Notes: generated from the letters alone by a model not told the origin. A stretch of 64,000 nt of DNA from an uncultured Roseburia sp. (GCA_900548205.1 URJS01000003.1:7352-71351), one strand, 5' to 3'. Positions 48,044 through 58,333 are shown, counted from the first letter of the stretch. Translations and numbers: made by a program.

Positions 48044-49864
48044 ATGCAGATCCAAAAAATTGAATTTCCAAAGGGTATGGAAGCGGACATGGGGAAGCTG
48101 TACCTGCATGGGTCAGAGAACGGCATACAAATGACGGAAACGGGAGGAGTGAAGGTGCGTGATCCCGGCTTTGTCCGCTTTGATACTTATTTTAATGCAG
48201 TTTCGATTGAAAAATGGAAATACTATACAGAATTAAAGCAGTTGGCGTTCTGCTTTGAGGCAGCGGGAGATTTTTTGCTGACGGTGTGGAATGCGTGGGA
48301 GAAAGAGGATGGAACGCTGGAAAAAGCGAAGCTTGTCTCTCTTTCCGCCGCAGAGGAGCAAAGGGCGGCGTACCGGATAGAGATTCCGCTGGATCGATGT
48401 GAGAGGGGCATTCTCTATGCAGAATTGAAAGCGTCGCAGGGAGAGGAAGCGGTCTTTTACGGCGGTGAGTATGTGACAGAGCAGAATGCAGTGCAGGACA
48501 TTGCATTGGCGGTCGCGATCTGCACCTATAAAAGAGAGAAGTATCTCTATCGAAATCTGGATCTGCTGTATCAAAGGCTGTGGGAGAATGAGGATTCCGT
48601 TCTGTATCATAAGCTGCACACGATCGTTGTCGATAACGGAAGGTCGATCGCACCGGAGAAAACGTGGGAGGGACTTTCTGTTTATCCAAATAAAAATGCG
48701 GGAGGTGCGGCGGGCTTTACAAGAGGGATCATAGAGGCAAAAAGGAATGGGAGCTTTACGCATATACTTCTGATGGATGACGATGTACGGATAAATCCGG
48801 CTGCGCTTGAGCGCACCTATGTATTTCTTAGCATGCTAAAGCCTGCGTATCGGGATGCGATGGTCGGCGGCGCGATGCTCCGTCTTGATTATGGTTTCGT
48901 GCAGCAGGAAGCGGGCGGCTGCTACCGGGCGGGGCGCATCACCTCGCTTCACACCGGAGTTGATCTGCGGGAGGCGGAAGCAGTCATAAAAAATGAAAGC
49001 CTTGAAAGGGCGGATTACAATGCGTGGTGGTACTGCTGTATTCCCATGCATGTGATAGAAAAAGTAGGACTGCCGCTGCCGTTGTTTCTTCACAATGACG
49101 ATGTTGAGTACGGACTGCGCTGCGGTACGGAGATTATCCGAATGAATGGAATCTGCGTCTGGCATGCGGCATTTGAGCATAAGCGCCCTTCGGCAAATGA
49201 GTATTACGACGTTCGCAATGCGCTGATCGTAAATGCGCTGTATGGGCAGGATGAGAGCGGCAGCGGTGCGGTTTATATGGTCGTGCGGCGTATGCTCACA
49301 AATCTGTTCCGCTACCGCTATCGTGACATCAGACTGAGTGCGCGCGCCGTAAAGGACTTTTTGCGCGGACCAAAGTGGCTTATGGAGCAGGATGCCGAGA
49401 AGCTTCATCAGGAGATTGTCGCGGCGGGCTACCGTTACTGTGAGGAGTATGAGGGGCAATGGGAGGAGCGAAACAAGGAGGTGCTTGCCGGGCTTTTGGC
49501 AGGAAGAAGTAATTCGAGTCAGATCGAACGAAGGAAGCTGCTCTCCCTGAACGGCTGGCTGCTTCCGGCAAGGAAAGACGATGCTCCGACGCCGGTGATG
49601 GCAGGGGACAGCCCCCATGCGTGCTACCGCAGAAGGCGGGTGTTTATCTATGATCCCGACACGGGACTGGGATTTTATACAGGAAAAGAGATCAGAGAGC
49701 TGTTTTCCCTTGTGGGAACGGTTTTTAGAATTTATATGGAACTGAAAAAACATTACAAGCCTGTGGTGAAAGCATATTGTGCGCACAGGAAGGAGCTTGG
49801 CTCGGAGACATTTTGGAGCAGATATTTAGAGTTAGGAGGACGTCAAAATGAAAACAAGTTATGA
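48044..49864 (+). CDS. GT2 galactofuranosyltransferase, GlfT2-like (paralog A)
   Basis: FDTYFN N-domain, NAGGAAGF, LLMDDDV, YNAWWYC, DDVEYGLR; adjacent to glf. Confidence 0.82.
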   Translation: MQIQKIEFPKGMEADMGKLYLHGSENGIQMTETGGVKVRDPGFVRFDTYFNAVSIEKWKYYTELKQLAFCFEAAGDFLLTVWNAWEKEDGTLEKAKLVSLSAAEEQRAAYRIEIPLDRCERGILYAELKASQGEEAVFYGGEYVTEQNAVQDIALAVAICTYKREKYLYRNLDLLYQRLWENEDSVLYHKLHTIVVDNGRSIAPEKTWEGLSVYPNKNAGGAAGFTRGIIEAKRNGSFTHILLMDDDVRINPAALERTYVFLSMLKPAYRDAMVGGAMLRLDYGFVQQEAGGCYRAGRITSLHTGVDLREAEAVIKNESLERADYNAWWYCCIPMHVIEKVGLPLPLFLHNDDVEYGLRCGTEIIRMNGICVWHAAFEHKRPSANEYYDVRNALIVNALYGQDESGSGAVYMVVRRMLTNLFRYRYRDIRLSARAVKDFLRGPKWLMEQDAEKLHQEIVAAGYRYCEEYEGQWEERNKEVLAGLLAGRSNSSQIERRKLLSLNGWLLPARKDDAPTPVMAGDSPHACYRRRRVFIYDPDTGLGFYTGKEIRELFSLVGTVFRIYMELKKHYKPVVKAYCAHRKELGSETFWSRYLELGGRQNENKL

Positions 49865-50954
49865 TTATCTGGTAGTTGGCGCAGGGCTTTACGGAGCAGT
49901 CTTTGCCTATGAGGCAAAGAAAAAGGGAAAGAGCTGCCTTGTGATCGACAAGCGGCCGCACATTGCGGGAAATGTATACTGTGAGAATGTGCATGGGATC
50001 AATGTGCATAAATATGGCGCGCATATTTTTCATACCTCCGACAAAAAAATCTGGGATTATGTCAATCAGTTTGCAGAATTTAATCATTACATTAACTCAC
50101 CGGTGGCAGTCTATAAGGATGAGTTATACAATCTCCCATTTAATATGAATACGTTCAGTAAGATGTGGGGCGTGCGGACGCCGGAGGAAGCACAGAAGAA
50201 GATCAGGGAGCAGATTGAGAGTCTTCATATCACAGAGCCGAAGAATCTGGAGGAGCAGGCGCTTTCGCTTGTCGGCACAGATGTATACGAAAAGCTGATC
50301 AAGGGGTATACGGAAAAGCAGTGGGGACGCGACTGCAAGGAGCTGCCCGCCTTTATTATTAAGAGGCTTCCGCTGCGCTTTATCTATGATAACAATTATT
50401 TCAACGACAGGTATCAGGGCATTCCGATCGGCGGTTATACCGCAATCGTGGAAAAGATGCTGGACGGTATTGATGTGCTGTTAGACACGGATTATTTCGC
50501 GTTTATCAAGGAGCATGAAAATATAGCGCCAAAGACGATATTTACCGGCATGATCGATGAGTTTTATGATTTCCGCCTCGGCGTGCTGGAGTATCGGACG
50601 GTCCGCTTTGAGACAGAGGAATTGGACTGCGAGAACTATCAGGGAAATGCTGTGGTGAATTACACAGAGCGCGAGGTGCCGTATACGAGGATCATTGAGC
50701 ATAAGCATTTTGAATTTGGCAAGCAGCCGACGACTGTGATCTCCAGAGAGTATTCCAAGGAATGGGAAAAGGGAGACGAGCCTTATTATCCGGTAAATAA
50801 TGAGAAGAACAACGAGCTTTATAAGAAATACGAGGAGCTGGCGAAGAAAGAGCAGAAGGTTATTTTCGGCGGACGTCTCGGCGGTTATAAATATTATGAC
50901 ATGGATAAGGTCATTGCGGCGGCGCTGCAGATGTGTGAGAGCGAGCTGAATTAG
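49848..50954 (+). CDS. glf: UDP-galactopyranose mutase
   Basis: VGAGLYG, HKYGAHIFHT, GYTEKQWG, FNDRYQGIP, EPYYP, YKYYDMD. Confidence 0.97.
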   Translation: MKTSYDYLVVGAGLYGAVFAYEAKKKGKSCLVIDKRPHIAGNVYCENVHGINVHKYGAHIFHTSDKKIWDYVNQFAEFNHYINSPVAVYKDELYNLPFNMNTFSKMWGVRTPEEAQKKIREQIESLHITEPKNLEEQALSLVGTDVYEKLIKGYTEKQWGRDCKELPAFIIKRLPLRFIYDNNYFNDRYQGIPIGGYTAIVEKMLDGIDVLLDTDYFAFIKEHENIAPKTIFTGMIDEFYDFRLGVLEYRTVRFETEELDCENYQGNAVVNYTEREVPYTRIIEHKHFEFGKQPTTVISREYSKEWEKGDEPYYPVNNEKNNELYKKYEELAKKEQKVIFGGRLGGYKYYDMDKVIAAALQMCESELN

Positions 50955-50972
50955 TTAGGAGAGGAATCAGGT

Positions 50973-52769
50973 ATGGATATTCAGAAGATTTTATTCCCGG
51001 AGGTGGGAAGGTGCACCGAAACAGAGCTGTATTTCCGATTGGGAAAGAAAACCGAATATCGTGGAGACAAAAAAAGCATTACCTTTCGCAGGCATGCGGT
51101 TGTGACCTTCGACACATATTTCAATGGATTTTCGATTGAGAAATGGATGAAGTATACAGTATTGCAGCAGTTAGCGCTTCGCCTGTCTCTGTCCGGCAAG
51201 TTTAAGGTGACGCTGCTTGGCAAGGAGCAGATCCATAAGGACGTCTTAACAAAGGTGATCAGCGAGACCGTCGTGGAGTGTGACGGCAGAGGGGAATTTG
51301 AATTTCCTTATACGCTTGGAGAAAAGAAGGGGATGTATACCTTCCGTCTGGAGGCGCTTTCGGACGGGGCGTGCTTTTATGGGGGCACATATATCACCGA
51401 CCTTGCCAAGGAGCGCGTTCGTGATGTGAAGCTCGGAATCGCGATCTGTACCTTTAAACGAGAAGCGTTTGTCGAAAAAAATATCAGAATCCTAAATGAG
51501 GAGATCTTAAATAATCCTGCTTCTCCGCTGTATGGACGCATGAAGGTGTTCATTGCCGATAACGGAAAATCTCTTGACAGAGAGCGCCTGTCGTCTGAGC
51601 ATATTTACATCAATCCAAACAGAAATCTCGGAGGAGCCGGAGGCTTCACGCGCGATCTGATCGAGATGATGAATCATAACGAGGAGCTTGGAATCACGCA
51701 CGCGCTGTTAATGGATGATGATATTGTGATCGAGCCGGAGGCGCTGGTGAAGACCTACCGGATTCTTTCGCTGTTAAAGGATGACTATGCGGACGCCTTT
51801 GTGGGCGGCGCAATGCTGCGCCTTGACAAGCAGGCGATCCAGGTAGAGGCAGGAGCCTCATGGAATGGCGGGCACTTAAATTCCTTAAAGCACAATTTGA
51901 ACCTGAAGAAATGCAAGTCCTGCCTTTATAACGAGGTGGAGGAGTATACGGAGTTCAACGCGTGGTGGTATTGCTGTTTCCCGATGAAGATCGTGACGCC
52001 GGACAATCTGCCTCTGCCGATCTTTATCCGCGGGGACGATCTGGAATACGGGCTTCGCAACATGAAGCATTTGATCCTGATGAACGGCATCTGCGTGTGG
52101 CATGAGCCGTTTGAGAATAAATATTCCTCGTTTTTGGAGTACTATATCATGCGCAATCAGCTGATAGACAACTCCTTCCATTGCCAGTGGTACGGCGCAA
52201 AGCAGCTTACAAAGGCGATGCTCGGTCATTGTATGAGAGAGATCATGTTCTACCGTTATAAAAATGTCGACCTGTATCTGCGCGGGATCAGGGACTTCCT
52301 AAAAGGACCGGAGTGGCTCATGGAGCAGGACGGCGAAGCGCTGCATCAGTCTGTGATGGCAGCGGGATATAAGGCACAGGAGCTGGAACAGCTGGACATG
52401 GCATTTAGCTACCTGGTATATCAGGAAAGCTATGGGTATGTCGATAATAGAAAGTCAAAGATCAAGCGGCTTTTAACCTTTAACGGGCTTTTTCTGCGGG
52501 CGAAGGGAACCAATATCATTCCGATGGCAGCTGCGAGACCGGTTCATTTTTACAGGAAGAAGCGCGTGATGCAGTATGATGTGACAAGCAGGAAAGCATT
52601 TATTACCGAGAAGTCCGTGGGCGCATCCCTAAGATATATGGGCAAGGTGTTCGGGCTGATCTGCGTGCTGCCGTTCCGGTTAAAAAAAGCGCAGCAGGCA
52701 TATCGCACGGAGGGCATGCGCCTTCGCACGCTTGCGTTCTGGAATGAGTTTTTAGGTCTTGATTCCTAA
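50973..52769 (+). CDS. GT2 galactofuranosyltransferase, GlfT2-like (paralog B)
   Basis: FDTYFN, NLGGAGGF, LLMDDDI, FNAWWYC, DDLEYGLR. Confidence 0.82.
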   Translation: MDIQKILFPEVGRCTETELYFRLGKKTEYRGDKKSITFRRHAVVTFDTYFNGFSIEKWMKYTVLQQLALRLSLSGKFKVTLLGKEQIHKDVLTKVISETVVECDGRGEFEFPYTLGEKKGMYTFRLEALSDGACFYGGTYITDLAKERVRDVKLGIAICTFKREAFVEKNIRILNEEILNNPASPLYGRMKVFIADNGKSLDRERLSSEHIYINPNRNLGGAGGFTRDLIEMMNHNEELGITHALLMDDDIVIEPEALVKTYRILSLLKDDYADAFVGGAMLRLDKQAIQVEAGASWNGGHLNSLKHNLNLKKCKSCLYNEVEEYTEFNAWWYCCFPMKIVTPDNLPLPIFIRGDDLEYGLRNMKHLILMNGICVWHEPFENKYSSFLEYYIMRNQLIDNSFHCQWYGAKQLTKAMLGHCMREIMFYRYKNVDLYLRGIRDFLKGPEWLMEQDGEALHQSVMAAGYKAQELEQLDMAFSYLVYQESYGYVDNRKSKIKRLLTFNGLFLRAKGTNIIPMAAARPVHFYRKKRVMQYDVTSRKAFITEKSVGASLRYMGKVFGLICVLPFRLKKAQQAYRTEGMRLRTLAFWNEFLGLDS

Positions 52770-52805
52770 GAGAAAAAATTGCGACACCTTGGAATGGAGA
52801 AAAAT

Positions 52806-54551
52806 ATGAAGAAAAAAATCGTAATTGCAGCCGTGCTCGTTGCATATCTGGGGCTCTCAGCGGCAGTCGTCTCCGGTGTTTTTGAGAAAAAGGAGGAGCC
52901 GCCCGCAGTGGCAGAGGAGGAACCAAAGGAGGTAGATCCGATTGATGCTGCTCTTGCCGAAAGAACGTTTGAGTTGGTTGAAAATACGCTGGAATATGCA
53001 GCATCGGGGCAGTCAGGGCTGTATCTGGAAACAGAGGATCTGCTGCTCTTGGAGGAGGATAAGCAGAGTCTTCTCTCACGCTATCAGCTTCCTCCGCTTG
53101 TGAGAATGGACGAGAAGGATGCGGCGGAGAAAATGTCAAACCTGCAGGTGTTTCAAAGAATCGAGGCGCTTGGGGCGGATATGCTTTCCTTTTACACACC
53201 GGAGTATTACTGGAAGAAAATTTATAATGATTCGATCACGACAGTCAAAGACGCGATTTCTTTTGAGGAGCATGTGACTTTTTCAGGAACGCGGGCGTCT
53301 GAATTAAACGCATTACTGCAGACAAGCGCAAATGTCGTTGTCGATATTGCAGCCAAGGAGATTCTTTTGGATGAGACGATCCGCGTGCCGTCCAATGTAA
53401 GCATTGAGGGCAACGGCGTTATCGTAAACGGAGAGGCAAACGTTCCCTATGCAGTCCTATTGGAAAACGCCGAGAATGCTGCAGTCAAGGGAATGCGGCT
53501 TCTTGGCGGCTTTGAGCAGGGAATTTATATTATTCGCTCAAATAAAGTGCTGATTTATGGGAATGAGATCACCAATGCGGTTCATAAGGCGCTCTGCGTC
53601 ATGGACGATAATCAGTATGTAAACCTTGTGGGAAACTCGATCCATGAGAACGGAAACGGCTCTATTTTTTTAAACGGAGAGATCACAAACTGTATCATCC
53701 AGCATAATGCGGTGTATCAGAACCGCGGTACGAGAAATCTGACGGCGGGGATCGTATTTTCCTCTATGATCGTGGAAGACCCTTATACGCCGTATAATGA
53801 ATTTTTGGATGAATATCTCTATGATCTGAAAAAGACGCCGAACCATAACGTGGTGATGGATAATCTGATCCAGGGAAATTATTCCTCCGGCTTCTATTCG
53901 GACGGCGCATATCTCAATTATGTGATCGACAATGTGATCGAGGATAATGAAAAAGAGGGGATGTGCTTAGACTATGGAACGTTCGGAACCTATGTCAGCG
54001 GCAATACGATCCAAAGAAACGGGGAGAGAAACCGCCAGACGGACGAGGACCTTGAGGCTGATTTCATTCTCGGCGCCGGAAGACTGCCGGATGGTTCCTC
54101 TACAGCAAAGCTGCCAGGCATTTCCATTGATAACTCTGCCTATAATATTGTATATAATAATAATATCAATGAGAATTCAGGAAGCGGGGTGAAAATGGTT
54201 AGATCAGGTTACCGGAATGTAATTTTGTCAAATCTGATCACGGATAATAACGCCGGACAAAACGAGGCATATCACGGCTTTGGAATCGAGCTTGGCCATG
54301 CGAGCACGCCGGACGAGCCGGTCAAGGGACTGGACTTTACGGCAGATTATGAAAATATCCTTGCAAGAAATATCATTTCCGGTCATCATTATTCGGGAAT
54401 TTATATCGGGGAGGACTGCTACTGTAACGACCTGATTGACAATGTGATTTTGGACTGCACGCAGTTTTCGGTTGAGAATTTCAGCAGTTACTTTAACAGT
54501 GCAGTTGGAAATAATACCAATGTGGGCACATTAAGCTTTACGCTTGAGTAA
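52806..54551 (+). CDS. Membrane-anchored right-handed parallel beta-helix protein
   Basis: N-terminal signal/TM; Asn-ladder repeats (IYGNEITN, LVGNSIHEN, VIDNVIEDN, VSGNTIQRN). Confidence 0.8.
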   Translation: MKKKIVIAAVLVAYLGLSAAVVSGVFEKKEEPPAVAEEEPKEVDPIDAALAERTFELVENTLEYAASGQSGLYLETEDLLLLEEDKQSLLSRYQLPPLVRMDEKDAAEKMSNLQVFQRIEALGADMLSFYTPEYYWKKIYNDSITTVKDAISFEEHVTFSGTRASELNALLQTSANVVVDIAAKEILLDETIRVPSNVSIEGNGVIVNGEANVPYAVLLENAENAAVKGMRLLGGFEQGIYIIRSNKVLIYGNEITNAVHKALCVMDDNQYVNLVGNSIHENGNGSIFLNGEITNCIIQHNAVYQNRGTRNLTAGIVFSSMIVEDPYTPYNEFLDEYLYDLKKTPNHNVVMDNLIQGNYSSGFYSDGAYLNYVIDNVIEDNEKEGMCLDYGTFGTYVSGNTIQRNGERNRQTDEDLEADFILGAGRLPDGSSTAKLPGISIDNSAYNIVYNNNINENSGSGVKMVRSGYRNVILSNLITDNNAGQNEAYHGFGIELGHASTPDEPVKGLDFTADYENILARNIISGHHYSGIYIGEDCYCNDLIDNVILDCTQFSVENFSSYFNSAVGNNTNVGTLSFTLE

Positions 54552-54576
54552 TTGGAGGAAGCAGAGGAGGAAAAGA

Positions 54577-55533
54577 ATGCTACCAATCTTATATATTGTC
54601 ATTCCCTGTTATAATGAGGAAAAGGTACTGCCGATCACATGCAGTATGTTTTTGGAAAAGATTACCGGACTGGTAGAAAAAGAGAAGATCAGCGATGAGA
54701 GCAGAATCCTGTTTGTCAATGACGGAAGCAAGGATCAGACATGGGAGATCATCTGTAAGCTGGCAGAAACAGACAGGCATTATATGGGAATCAGTCAGAG
54801 CAGAAACCGCGGACATCAGAATGCGGTGCTGGCAGGTCTGATGGAGGCGAAGGATGTCTGTGATATTACGATTTCCATTGACTGTGACGGTCAGGATGAC
54901 ATTGATGCGATGGACGAGATGATCGATGCGTATGCGGACGGCTGTGAGGTTGTCTACGGCGTGCGCTCCAAGCGTGATACCGATACCTTTTTTAAGCGCT
55001 TTACAGCAGAGGGATTTTACAAGCTGTTAAATTGGATGGGTGCGGAGGTTATCTTTAATCATGCAGATTATCGTCTCGTTTCCTCCAGAGTGCTGCAAGA
55101 ATTTGCAAATTTTAAGGAGGTGAACATTTTCCTTCGGGGGATGTTCCCACTGGTCGGATTTAAGAGCACAAGTGTGTACTATGAGCGCCATGAGCGCATT
55201 GCCGGAGAGAGCCATTATCCGCTGAAAAAAATGCTGGCGTTGGCATTCGACGGTATCACAAGCCTGAGTGTAAAGCCTTTGCATCTGATCACGGGGATGG
55301 GATGCGCGATTGCTTTGTTAAGCTTTTGTGCCGTGATCTGGTCGATCGTCGTACAGCTGATCGGAGAGGCAGTGCCGGGCTGGGCAAGCATGACGAGCAT
55401 TATCTGCTTCATTGGAGGCGTGCAGCTGATCAGCATCGGCGTATTGGGCGAATACATCGGTAAGATCTATATGGAAGTAAAAGAGAGACCAAGATACATT
55501 ATTAGTGACCGAACAAAGAAAAAAGAGGAATAA
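54577..55533 (+). CDS. GT2 undecaprenyl-phosphate glycosyltransferase (GtrB-like), copy 2
   Basis: PCYNEE, NDGSKD, SRNRGHQNA, DCDGQD, ADYRL, two C-terminal TMs, GEYIGKIY. Confidence 0.92.
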   Translation: MLPILYIVIPCYNEEKVLPITCSMFLEKITGLVEKEKISDESRILFVNDGSKDQTWEIICKLAETDRHYMGISQSRNRGHQNAVLAGLMEAKDVCDITISIDCDGQDDIDAMDEMIDAYADGCEVVYGVRSKRDTDTFFKRFTAEGFYKLLNWMGAEVIFNHADYRLVSSRVLQEFANFKEVNIFLRGMFPLVGFKSTSVYYERHERIAGESHYPLKKMLALAFDGITSLSVKPLHLITGMGCAIALLSFCAVIWSIVVQLIGEAVPGWASMTSIICFIGGVQLISIGVLGEYIGKIYMEVKERPRYIISDRTKKKEE

Positions 55534-55540
55534 TTAAGGT

Positions 55541-58207
55541 ATGAGAAGAAAAATAGCAGCTATGCTGGCGGTGGTGATGACGCTTAGCCTGATGACGCCA
55601 GATATTTACGCAGAGGCGTCCGTGAAAACTGGAGTGACCGAGAGCGTGCAGCAAGGAAATACGACAGCGGCCGAGGGTATGGCAGGGACTGAGACAAAGC
55701 CAACAGAGTCCACAGAGGAGAAAGAGACGGAGCCGACGGAGAGCGTGCCTGGAACAGAGATGAAGCCGACGGAGTCTACGGAAAAGACAGAAACGGAGAC
55801 GACCGAGAGTACGGAAAAAGCAGAAGGCACGGAAAAGACAGAAGATAAAGAGAAGAAGGAGACGGAATCCACAGAGTCTACGGAAAAGAAAGAGGAGAAG
55901 TTGCCGGAGGAGACCGAGACAACAGAAAAGAAGGATAAAAAAGAAGCAGAGACTGAGTCACTGCCGGATGACCCTGAATATCTGAAATATTTAGAGCAGC
56001 AGAAGAGCTATCAGGGAGGGAGCAAAAGAAGCAGGAGGAGTACCTTTTACTCAGCGGTTTATCCGAGGCTTGGAGAGGGATATACACATGATCCAAAGTT
56101 CTCCAATCATACAATCCGTCATGGAATTGACGTATCCTATTACCAGAAAAATATTGACTGGAACGCCGTAAAGGCAAGCGGTGTTGAATTTGTATTTGTG
56201 CGTGTGGGCTACCGCGGCTATGCGCCGGCGGGCAACATGGCGGTTGACCCTTATGCAAAGCAGAATCTTCAGGGGGCGATCAACGCGGGCTTAAAGGTAG
56301 GCGCTTATGTTTTCTCGCAGGCAGTCAATGAGGCAGAGGCAATTCAGGAGGCACAGTTTGCCCTACAGCAGGTAGCGGGATATAACATCACGATGCCGAT
56401 CGTTATGGATTTTGAGTATGCCTATTATTCTAACGGAGCAGAGGGAAGACTTGCAGCAGCACATTTGAGCAGGGATCAGCATACTGCGATCGTCAATGCA
56501 TTTGGAGCGACGATCAGGAATGCAGGCTATGAGCCAATGATCTACGCAAATAAGAGTATGCTTGAAAATTCTTTAAATTCTTGGGCAATTCCTTATAAAA
56601 TATGGCTTGCGCGCTATCCAAAGTCTGCGCCGTTTGCAGCGGGATACGGCGGGAATTATGAATTCTGGCAGTATACCAGCGGCGGATATGTAAACGGAAT
56701 CGCGGGCAGAGTCGACTGTAATTTCTGGTATGAACCAAAGATCTATACACAGACAGTCAAGGACAGTATTTATACCATAGCGACAGCACTGGACGAGGGA
56801 ATGGTGCTTGATATTAAGCATGGATCCGGTGCAAACAGCGCGAACCTGCAGCTTCTTGGAAAGAACGCGGGAAGTCAGCAGGACTTTAAGGTGACGTACG
56901 TCGGAGACGGCAAGTATACGATCATGGCAATGTGCTCCGGCAAATATCTGGATGCAGAATGGGGCGGTACGACCGAGGGTACAAACATCGTGCAGTATGA
57001 CAGCAACAGCGGAGATAATCAGAGATGGTACATACAGGACGCGGGAGACGGAAATTATTATATTCGCTCCGTGGTGAGTCAGATGTGCATGGATGTTGCA
57101 GGAGGCGCGCATAATGGCGCCAATATCTACCTTTGGAATTATAACGGCGGCTTGAATCAGAAATTTAAGTTTAAGAGCGTCGAGTATACACAGTCTGTGG
57201 CAGATGGCTTATATATGATCTCTGCAGAGCAGGATGCCAACCTTGTGTGGGATGTTACCGATGCAGCGGGACATAATTCCGCAAATATCGGTATATGGGA
57301 GAAGAAGAACGAGAATAACCAGAAGTTCTATATCAATCATGCAGGCGGAAATAAGTACACCATTTCTGCAAAGCATTCCGGCAAATATGTGGATGCTGAG
57401 TGGGGCGGCGGTCATGCGGGCGCAAATATTATCCAGTATGACGGAAACGGTGCAGACAACCAGAAATGGTATTTTAAGGATGCAGGAAATGGAAGCTATT
57501 ATATCATTTCCGCGGCAAGCGGTCTGTATGCGGATATAGCAGGCTCGGTAAACATGGGAAATAATATTCATCTGTGGGATGGAAATGCGGGTGCAAATCA
57601 GAGATTCCAGCTCACGCTTGTAAGCGACAGGGATACGCCTCCGGTTGTCGGGGAGGGATTCGAAGGCTGGCATGTAGAGAACGGAAAGAAATACTGGTAC
57701 GATCACGGCACGATGGCGCGTGATAAGGAGGTATACGATCCGCAGACAGATGCATGGTACTGGTTCGATGGCGACGGCGGTATGGCGACCAACAAGGATG
57801 TGTTTGTTCCGACGAATGACCAGCGGACGGAAGGCAAATGGGTTCGTTATGATGTGAACGGGCATATGAAAAAGGGAGAAGACTACCGTTATGGAGGCTG
57901 GTATTGGTTTGATCCGATCACAGGCGAGATGATAAAGGATTTTGTATTTATTCCAGAGGCTGGTACAGAAGGTAAGTGGGTATATTACGATGAAGTGGAC
58001 GGTAAGATGCACCACGGAGAGAGCTGTATCGACGGGAACTGGTATTATTTCGATGAGTGGACCGGAAAAATGGTTCATGGGGAATATTATAGAAATGGCA
58101 ACTGGTATTACTATGACCAGATCACCGGTATTATGGCGCATGGCTGGGTGACACTTCCAAACGGAACAAGAGCCTACTATGACGAGATAACGGGAATCAG
58201 AAGATAA
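55541..58207 (+). CDS. Secreted GH25 muramidase with Thr/Glu-rich linker, two ricin-B lectin domains and C-terminal cell-wall-binding repeats
   Basis: Signal peptide; HGIDVSYYQ, VMDFE, WLARY, FWQYTS, VDCN (GH25); NQRW/NQKF/NQKW ricin motifs; WYWFD/WYYFD repeats. Confidence 0.9.
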   Translation: MRRKIAAMLAVVMTLSLMTPDIYAEASVKTGVTESVQQGNTTAAEGMAGTETKPTESTEEKETEPTESVPGTEMKPTESTEKTETETTESTEKAEGTEKTEDKEKKETESTESTEKKEEKLPEETETTEKKDKKEAETESLPDDPEYLKYLEQQKSYQGGSKRSRRSTFYSAVYPRLGEGYTHDPKFSNHTIRHGIDVSYYQKNIDWNAVKASGVEFVFVRVGYRGYAPAGNMAVDPYAKQNLQGAINAGLKVGAYVFSQAVNEAEAIQEAQFALQQVAGYNITMPIVMDFEYAYYSNGAEGRLAAAHLSRDQHTAIVNAFGATIRNAGYEPMIYANKSMLENSLNSWAIPYKIWLARYPKSAPFAAGYGGNYEFWQYTSGGYVNGIAGRVDCNFWYEPKIYTQTVKDSIYTIATALDEGMVLDIKHGSGANSANLQLLGKNAGSQQDFKVTYVGDGKYTIMAMCSGKYLDAEWGGTTEGTNIVQYDSNSGDNQRWYIQDAGDGNYYIRSVVSQMCMDVAGGAHNGANIYLWNYNGGLNQKFKFKSVEYTQSVADGLYMISAEQDANLVWDVTDAAGHNSANIGIWEKKNENNQKFYINHAGGNKYTISAKHSGKYVDAEWGGGHAGANIIQYDGNGADNQKWYFKDAGNGSYYIISAASGLYADIAGSVNMGNNIHLWDGNAGANQRFQLTLVSDRDTPPVVGEGFEGWHVENGKKYWYDHGTMARDKEVYDPQTDAWYWFDGDGGMATNKDVFVPTNDQRTEGKWVRYDVNGHMKKGEDYRYGGWYWFDPITGEMIKDFVFIPEAGTEGKWVYYDEVDGKMHHGESCIDGNWYYFDEWTGKMVHGEYYRNGNWYYYDQITGIMAHGWVTLPNGTRAYYDEITGIRR
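55690..55960 (+). repeat. Low-complexity degenerate coding repeat (TEST/TEK-rich linker)
   Basis: Recurrent PTES, TEKTE, ETESTE units in the protein. Confidence 0.7.
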
Positions 58208-58247
58208 AATAACAACGAGCGGAACGCATTAGGCGCCACTCTTATGT

Positions 58248-58292
58248 CAATAAAAACAGGATGCGGTAATTTACCGCATCCTGTTTTTATTG
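58248..58292. terminator. Bidirectional intrinsic terminator between convergent hydrolase genes
   Basis: Perfect 22-bp inverted repeat CAATAAAAACAGGATGCGGTAA-T-TTACCGCATCCTGTTTTTATTG with A/T tracts on both ends. Confidence 0.88.
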
Positions 58293-58333
58293 CTTTATGG
58301 TCATCGCCAGAAGCTTGACGACCTTTGTTTTTT

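Noticed and set aside
55690..55960. Repetitive DNA as a CRISPR array or VNTR
   Set aside because: The repeats are degenerate, in-frame and have no constant repeat-spacer period; this is a low-complexity protein linker.
58248..58292. 22-bp perfect palindrome as an IS end or recombination site
   Set aside because: It sits between convergent stop codons with A/T tails on both sides, there is no transposase or recombinase in the window, and a bidirectional terminator explains it.
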